A DNA stretch of 64,000 nt from contig JBHLMN010000020.1 in the NCBI GenBank assembly GCA_048938105.1, forward strand, positions 32,001 to 96,000, read 5' to 3'. Shown here one piece after another: positions 58,076 through 64,000 of the stretch (position 1 is the stretch's first letter; each line of letters begins with the position of its first letter). The translations under genes were made by a program, and so were the position numbers. This DNA comes from Promethearchaeota archaeon (lineage in GTDB: Archaea > Asgardarchaeota > Heimdallarchaeia > Hodarchaeales > Hodarchaeaceae). A model generated the notes under the pieces. It was not told the DNA's origin and made no database searches. It was given only the letters and a program-made list of their open reading frames with translations.

Positions 58076-58984
58076 TTACTTTCTAGCATGCTGTACGATG
58101 GCTTTTATTATCTTTGGTGCTACTTCGGCTGGAATGCTATGTCCCATCCCTTCTATTATCATTAATTCCGCGTTTGGAATGACTTCAGCTGTTTCTTTTC
58201 CCCCCTCAATAGGAACTAATGGGTCAGCATTTCCATGAATGACGAGAGTTGGTACTTTTACGTTTTTCAAATCTTCTTTTCTACTGCCAGACGCTAATAT
58301 AGCTGCTAATTGCCTTGCTGATCCCTCTGGATAATAACTACGATCGTAAGCGCGACCTGCACGTTCTCGGACATAATCTTCATCAAATGATAGTATCCCA
58401 CCATTCAAAAATCTCCAGGTTTTCACCGAATCTTCGATATATTCAGCTCGATCTGATGGAGGAGGTGTAATTAGGATAGATATTGCCTCTGGTGATGGTT
58501 GTGGTAATTCTGTATTGCCTGTTGACGACATAATTGAAGTCATTGTTCGAACTCGTTTAGGATAGTGTATAGCTATGGTTTGAACAATCATACCTCCCAT
58601 GGATGCACCAACGATATGAGCAGTATCGACCCCCAAGGCATCAAGTAGTCCTATTGCATCAGCAGACATATCTAGCAAGGTGTATGGAGCCTCAACTGCC
58701 TCTCCTTGTTGAACTTTCATCATTAACTCCATTAAATTAGGAACACCTGCTTCTTCAAACTTTGTCGTGAGGCCAACGTCGCGATTATCAAAGCGAATAA
58801 CCCAATACCCCTGTGCTGCTAATTCTCGGCAAAAAGCTTCATCCCAATATATCATCTGCGAACTTAATCCCATGATAAGCAACATGGGAGGATTAACAGA
58901 ATCCCCGAAGGTATCGTAAGTAATTTCAACCTCACCGACCTTAACAGAAGTTTCTTCGCTTTGTGTTCCTTTTCCCATAATCAT
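58076..58984 (-). CDS. Alpha/beta hydrolase (RdmC-like esterase)
   Basis: LLIMGL, RFDNRDVG, GASMGG, HGNADPL, GMGH. Confidence 0.92.
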   Translation of the reverse strand: MIMGKGTQSEETSVKVGEVEITYDTFGDSVNPPMLLIMGLSSQMIYWDEAFCRELAAQGYWVIRFDNRDVGLTTKFEEAGVPNLMELMMKVQQGEAVEAPYTLLDMSADAIGLLDALGVDTAHIVGASMGGMIVQTIAIHYPKRVRTMTSIMSSTGNTELPQPSPEAISILITPPPSDRAEYIEDSVKTWRFLNGGILSFDEDYVRERAGRAYDRSYYPEGSARQLAAILASGSRKEDLKNVKVPTLVIHGNADPLVPIEGGKETAEVIPNAELMIIEGMGHSIPAEVAPKIIKAIVQHARK

Positions 58985-59239
58985 ATCTCCTTTTTCTATT
59001 GTTATTTCAAATAGACTTCCATAGACAAATAAAAATCTTTTGATGTCGTTCTAAACCATGGTCACAAGCTATTGATTTTGATGTAATCTTACTAGATATC
59101 TAATAAAGGAATTCTATGATAGTTTTAGTTATTGATTAAGGTTTCGTATAAGAAGAAAAAATAGGCATTGAGTGAGGAAGCGAGATAAATCTGTACAGAA
59201 ATCCAGTTCAAATGCAATAAAAAGGCTGATTAATTTCAA

Positions 59240-60499
59240 ATGGCTGCATTGAAGGGCTCTAATAAAACGATTTGGATAGCAGGGCTTGGAACAATTCTCA
59301 CTACTTTCCAATTAGTGATTATAGGGAATTATATTGTAATCTTTTTGAAAGAAGATTTACTCACCGCTATTATTCTAATTACACTTATTATTTCATTAAG
59401 GAATGCTCTACAACTCTTTTTACGAGTACCATTTGGGGATCTTTCTCAGATAATTGGTCGTAAACCTTTGATTTTAGGTGGTCATTTTAGTTTCACTATT
59501 TCATTATTCTTAATGTCTATTGCAACTAACTGGATCTGGGTTTTAATAGCGATTGTGTTCGTTGCAATTGGAATGAGTGCTTTTTGGCCTTGTATGTTGG
59601 CTTATATTTCAGACATTTCCTCCAATAATAACTCTGGAGGATCAATTGGTCGTATGTTTCAGCTGTCTGATATAGGGTCAATAGTGGGATTACTAATATC
59701 CAGTTTGATTTTGGATGAATACCAATTGACATTAACTGATCTTTTTAGTATTGCTGCAATTTTGGCATTCTTTTTTGGATTAATAAACATTATAATTCTA
59801 CCAGAAAGTCTAGATAAAATACATAGAAAACAAATTGTAAGTATTCCAAAAGCAATAATGACTTCATTTTCCTCCATGCTCTCCACATTAAAGCAGATGA
59901 CTTTAACAAAAGACCTGACGTTGGCATATATCTTCCAATTAATAGTGGCTTTTACTGAATTTACCGCAACAACATTTTTACCCTTACTTATTGTTCAAAA
60001 AGGATTTAGTCGTGGAGATGTCTCTGAAATTGGACTATGGGCAACTTTAGTGACTTTATGGTTCAAACCATTTCTAGGAAAATTAACTGATAGATTTCAT
60101 TTCATTTATGTCATTACTAGCACGGTGATGATCTATTCTCTAGCTTTGTTTGCTTTTACTATTATCAATGATTATCTTCTACTGATAATTCTCTTTGTCA
60201 TTATGAATGCGTCTTTAATAACAGCATATATGGCTGAAAACAATGAGGTGGCTAGAAGAGCTCCTTTTGCCCTTAGAGGTACAGCCCTTGGGAGTTTAGG
60301 CTTCTATGTAGCCTTAGGTCGTACCTCCTCAACTGTTATATCAGGTCCCATTTGGGAGATTTTCGGGTTAACAGGTGTCTTTAACATCATCATTCTCGGA
60401 GTTCTTGTCATTATACTAATTCTATTTTTCATGAATAGACCGAAAAGGGAACCATTGAGAATGAAAAGTAAGTCAGTTTCCTATGTTATACAGGATTAA
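59240..60499 (+). CDS. MFS transporter
   Basis: GDLSQIIGRKP and GKLTDRF motif A copies; about 12 TM. Confidence 0.9.
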   Translation: MAALKGSNKTIWIAGLGTILTTFQLVIIGNYIVIFLKEDLLTAIILITLIISLRNALQLFLRVPFGDLSQIIGRKPLILGGHFSFTISLFLMSIATNWIWVLIAIVFVAIGMSAFWPCMLAYISDISSNNNSGGSIGRMFQLSDIGSIVGLLISSLILDEYQLTLTDLFSIAAILAFFFGLINIIILPESLDKIHRKQIVSIPKAIMTSFSSMLSTLKQMTLTKDLTLAYIFQLIVAFTEFTATTFLPLLIVQKGFSRGDVSEIGLWATLVTLWFKPFLGKLTDRFHFIYVITSTVMIYSLALFAFTIINDYLLLIILFVIMNASLITAYMAENNEVARRAPFALRGTALGSLGFYVALGRTSSTVISGPIWEIFGLTGVFNIIILGVLVIILILFFMNRPKREPLRMKSKSVSYVIQD

Positions 60500-62691
60500 G
60501 ATTCATAAAAACTAATTTTAATATCATCTACTACTTTCTCTATCTCTTCTTTGATCTGAAGTGGTAAGAGAAGATCCTGTACATGTGGTTCGATCACATC
60601 TGATATATCTCGTGCTTTGGCAACTTCATATTCGTAGTCTAATTCAAGAGGATCAATGATTAGTTCAAACAACTTTGCTACTTTTCCAGGACGCGTTGCT
60701 CTCCCGATTCGTTGGATTTGTTCTCTCCTGTTTCGAGTTCCAGACACGATAATTATTGTATCTGCAGGTGCATCAAATCCTTCGTTAAGCATTTTAACAA
60801 GTACAAGAGTCCGTATCTTCCTCTCTCTAAATTGATCCAAAATTAAATTGAGCTCACGATCATTCATCACAGTATGCCCAGTCAATACTGTTGTTTCTAT
60901 TCCATGTTCCTTCAAATAAGAATTAATTTTCATTGCATGTTTAATACGGCTAGTAAAGATAAGGGTTTGAGAAGTTACTGGCGACTCTAAAAGCTTACGA
61001 ATTGCTATTAATTTATTCACTGCTTGTCTTGATACTTTTCCGTATGCACTCTTCCCTTTACGGTTTAAATAACCCTTTTCATCAGCAGTTAAGGGTATAT
61101 GAATCCGTTTAAAATAAATAGGGGCAATGAAACCTTCTCTAGCAAGAAGTCCATAAGATATCTTATGGATAATTGGCCCCATAGTAGCAATTACTAAACT
61201 ACTATGGACACTTTTCTCAATTGTGGCAGATAATGCTAATCGGCGTGGGATCTCTAGATCCACAGCAATTTGCCTGAATGTTTCAGCTTGGATATGATGA
61301 GATTCATCTGCTATCAAGAGCCCAAATTTATGCGTAAAGAATCCGATTGTGTCTTCTACTAAAATTTTTTCACGAAGAGGCTTAGTAGAACTGTCTTCAT
61401 TTTCAAAAGCGTGTAAATCCTGTAAATATTGACTTAAGAGCTGATAGGTTGAGACGACAATGGGGTATTCGCGAAATGCTTTTTTCTGGCCATTAAAGAT
61501 CCCTATTCGTTCTGCAGGAATTGATAGGAATTTTGAGGTTAAATCAACCCATTGATCCACAAGGGCAAGATTTGGGACTAAGATTAATGTTCTTTCATGG
61601 ATATGTCGAATTGCATCAATTCCAATGAGAGTTTTTCCAGCACCAGTAGGTAATTGAATAGAGCCAAAATAGTAATTTTCTTTCCATTTATCCATGGCTT
61701 CCTGTTGATAAGACCGAAGAGTATAATTTTGCTGTGTTGAGAAATCATATTTTTTTAGTGATGGCTGAAAAGTATGGAATTGAAGATCAAATAATGGAGG
61801 ATTATTTGAGTTATTCAGCGTTTGATGGACAACATACCAGAAGTGGTTTGCTCTAAAGGCTGCCCAGTATTGTACTTGGATCTCTTGGGGGCCAATTTGG
61901 CTGATACAGGGAATATAATCCGCTTGAGGATCATCCTCTGATCTGGTCGCCATAAACCGGGCAAAAACATTAAATAATGAGTGAAACCACTTATTAAATT
62001 CTTTATTCCATCGAATTCGTAAACGATCATCCGAATCGGTTTCAACTACGATGCTGAATTCTTTGCTAGCAACTTTCTCCAGTTTCTTGAGTTTTTGTTT
62101 AGCTTTCTGAGCGAATATAATTTTGCATCCAGCTTTCTGTAATATTTCCAGATCTTCTCGAGCTAATTGTGGAAATTTCAATTCAAATTTAGTTGCTCTA
62201 TGTGTTCTATTCTGCTTCCAATAACCATTATGTGTTTTCCAATTGCGCTGCCAAATGCTGAATTGTTCTTGTACCCAAGGAGAATAAAAAAACTTTCTAT
62301 CATAGTCTACAGAGTTAGATTCTTTTTCTAGGTACAGAAAAAGCTCTTCTACATTGATGGGCCTTGTTCGTTCCGCTTTGTAATGTGGGCGACGGGCAGG
62401 AATCCATGCATTTAACTGTGTAAAAGGGTGCCATGGAAATTCTACCAAAAATGTCAGATCATTCTGGACTTTTACTTGATATTTACCTTTTTTCTTAATA
62501 AACATTTCCCAAGCGGCTTTGGAAATGTCTGCACCTTCTCTACGGGGACTTTGTTTACCGCGTAACCCAAGTGTTGGTGAAGAACACACGTGAGTGCGTA
62601 TATTATGTCTACATAGGGGTGCGGAGCACTTACTGCATCGATAAATCCGCTCACCTTTTTCAGCGCAGTCATTGCAAATTTCTAAAGACAG
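60496..62691 (-). CDS. XPB/Rad25-like SF2 helicase with long N-terminal extension beginning with an AN1-like zinc finger
   Basis: LRSYQQEA, LPTGAGKT, DESHH, LSAT, EGFD, QRIGR; frame stays open 34 codons upstream of the track start (62589) to CTG at 62691. Confidence 0.85.
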   Translation of the reverse strand: MSLEICNDCAEKGERIYRCSKCSAPLCRHNIRTHVCSSPTLGLRGKQSPRREGADISKAAWEMFIKKKGKYQVKVQNDLTFLVEFPWHPFTQLNAWIPARRPHYKAERTRPINVEELFLYLEKESNSVDYDRKFFYSPWVQEQFSIWQRNWKTHNGYWKQNRTHRATKFELKFPQLAREDLEILQKAGCKIIFAQKAKQKLKKLEKVASKEFSIVVETDSDDRLRIRWNKEFNKWFHSLFNVFARFMATRSEDDPQADYIPCISQIGPQEIQVQYWAAFRANHFWYVVHQTLNNSNNPPLFDLQFHTFQPSLKKYDFSTQQNYTLRSYQQEAMDKWKENYYFGSIQLPTGAGKTLIGIDAIRHIHERTLILVPNLALVDQWVDLTSKFLSIPAERIGIFNGQKKAFREYPIVVSTYQLLSQYLQDLHAFENEDSSTKPLREKILVEDTIGFFTHKFGLLIADESHHIQAETFRQIAVDLEIPRRLALSATIEKSVHSSLVIATMGPIIHKISYGLLAREGFIAPIYFKRIHIPLTADEKGYLNRKGKSAYGKVSRQAVNKLIAIRKLLESPVTSQTLIFTSRIKHAMKINSYLKEHGIETTVLTGHTVMNDRELNLILDQFRERKIRTLVLVKMLNEGFDAPADTIIIVSGTRNRREQIQRIGRATRPGKVAKLFELIIDPLELDYEYEVAKARDISDVIEPHVQDLLLPLQIKEEIEKVVDDIKISFYES

Positions 62692-62897
62692 GGCTTATAC
62701 CCATCCTCGTAAAGAGTTCACACAGGTAATTATTCTCTCTTTTCTTTAAGAAAACTGTTTAGAGAGGAGTTTAGTTAAAAAAGCCTTTTTTAAGGCAAAA
62801 AAATTTCTGATCCAGTTAATTATCCATATAAATGGGAGTTTTCCCTCAAGAAGAACATCTCCCTTTTTTTCTAAAAAACCTTTTGTTATGATTTCTT

Positions 62898-63890
62898 TCA
62901 GAGTTCTTTTTCTAAGTGATGACCACAATTTTCACAGAAATTGTCGTCTCTAAGAATCATATCACCACAGTTAGAACAAAAACGAACATAATCGTTAATT
63001 TCAACAGGAGAAATATCGAGAAAACTTTCCAATGAATGTTGGGGAGCGTCTCCAACCCGTTTTCGGACATCAACCATCTTTACCTCTTCGGGCCTTTTTA
63101 AGGGTTGTTTTAGTAGAATAGCTAACTGCCTGGCATTCGCTGGGGCACTTCCGTGGGGGTGATTGTTAAAATAGGTGAAAATTTCTTTCAATCCTCTATT
63201 TCTTGTTAATGTTTGGATTTTTGACACCCAAGGGCTTAATTCCTTAAGAGAATATTGATAATTGTACCAAGGTTTAAGACCATGGCCATGGAATCTGATG
63301 TAAGTGAAATCTGCCGTTACTGGTGTTATCGGAGGTAGTAATGGTTCATCTACAATGCAGTAAGCGGCATTATATTGTGACAAAAGCTCAAGTGTCTGAT
63401 CCAGTCGTTTGTGTTCAACCCAAGATGTATGTCGAAATTCTACAGCTAACCTAATGTTGGTTGGCCAGTACTTCAAAAATATGCTAAGCTGTTTGAAATT
63501 ATCCGTGGAAAATTTTGGAGGTAATTGGAGTAGAGCTGGACCTGCTTTCTTATGTAATCCATTTTGAATAGTATCTAAAAATGGGCGTAATTCTTCCCAG
63601 TAACCTTGATTAAAATCGAGTTTTTTTCTATGAGTTATATGACGCGGGATTTTGTAGGAAAAAATGAAATTATTAGGAACATTCAGCCCCCATTTATTCA
63701 CAACAGCAGCTCTAGGAAAATGGTAAAAAGTCGTATTTATTTCTACTGTTGGGAATATTTCAGCATAAAAAGATAATCGATGCTGTGTGGTTAAACCTGG
63801 GGGATAAAAAGGGAGACGAGTTTTTTCTTGACGAGCCTGCCAGTCAGAGTACCCGAAACCACTTGTTCCTATTAAGATTTTTGCAGACAT
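62898..63890 (-). CDS. DUF72 (YecE-like) protein with C-terminal zinc ribbon
   Basis: IGTSGF, VEINTTFY, LLQLPP, AVEFRH.SW, YIRFHG, YFNN, A..NA; CSNCG...FCENCG. Confidence 0.92.
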   Translation of the reverse strand: MSAKILIGTSGFGYSDWQARQEKTRLPFYPPGLTTQHRLSFYAEIFPTVEINTTFYHFPRAAVVNKWGLNVPNNFIFSYKIPRHITHRKKLDFNQGYWEELRPFLDTIQNGLHKKAGPALLQLPPKFSTDNFKQLSIFLKYWPTNIRLAVEFRHTSWVEHKRLDQTLELLSQYNAAYCIVDEPLLPPITPVTADFTYIRFHGHGLKPWYNYQYSLKELSPWVSKIQTLTRNRGLKEIFTYFNNHPHGSAPANARQLAILLKQPLKRPEEVKMVDVRKRVGDAPQHSLESFLDISPVEINDYVRFCSNCGDMILRDDNFCENCGHHLEKEL

Positions 63891-64000
63891 AACTTCTCCT
63901 CTAAGATATACGAGGATATAATTAGAAATGTAACAATTTAAACCTTTTGAATTCGGTGATTCAAATCATGTCTATACTTGTAAACCTCTTCTGGTAATTT

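Noticed and set aside
62500-62730. GC-richer stretch that looked like a structured ncRNA
   Set aside because: Explained as Cys/His/Arg-rich coding sequence of the helicase N-terminal extension
1-64000. CRISPR arrays, tRNA/rRNA genes, transposases, integrases, defence systems
   Set aside because: None recognised by eye; intergenic gaps are short and AT-rich. tRNAscan-SE and Infernal would be needed to exclude small RNAs

Overview
AT-rich, gene-dense archaeal DNA with about 60 CDS. I recognised no rRNA, tRNA, CRISPR array, transposase or integrase. Gene style (TTG/GTG starts, GGTGA-type RBS, BRE/TATA-like promoters, many zinc ribbons, PGF-like C-terminal anchors, degenerate Rab-like folds) suggests an Asgard archaeon, probably Heimdallarchaeia; this is inference, not a database result. 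Most content is scavenging metabolism: a GlcD/GlcF-like FAD/Fe-S dehydrogenase, a tungsten AOR operon, hydrolases, peptidases, four ABC systems and several surface proteins. Highlights: (1) an operon of a GCS2-type gamma-glutamyl ligase with an extra C-terminal domain, a gamma-glutamylcyclotransferase and a class II amidotransferase/amidohydrolase, a candidate writer/eraser system; (2) a divergent pair of apparent pseudo-small-GTPases; (3) an AN1-like zinc finger hidden upstream of the called start of an XPB-like helicase; (4) a missed 59-aa four-CxxC protein; (5) an FG-GAP surface gene between degenerate direct repeats that copy the neighbouring gene's 3' end; (6) a shared TTG-N11-CAA operator at two ABC exporters and their GbsR-like regulators. 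All family calls come from motif recognition by eye.
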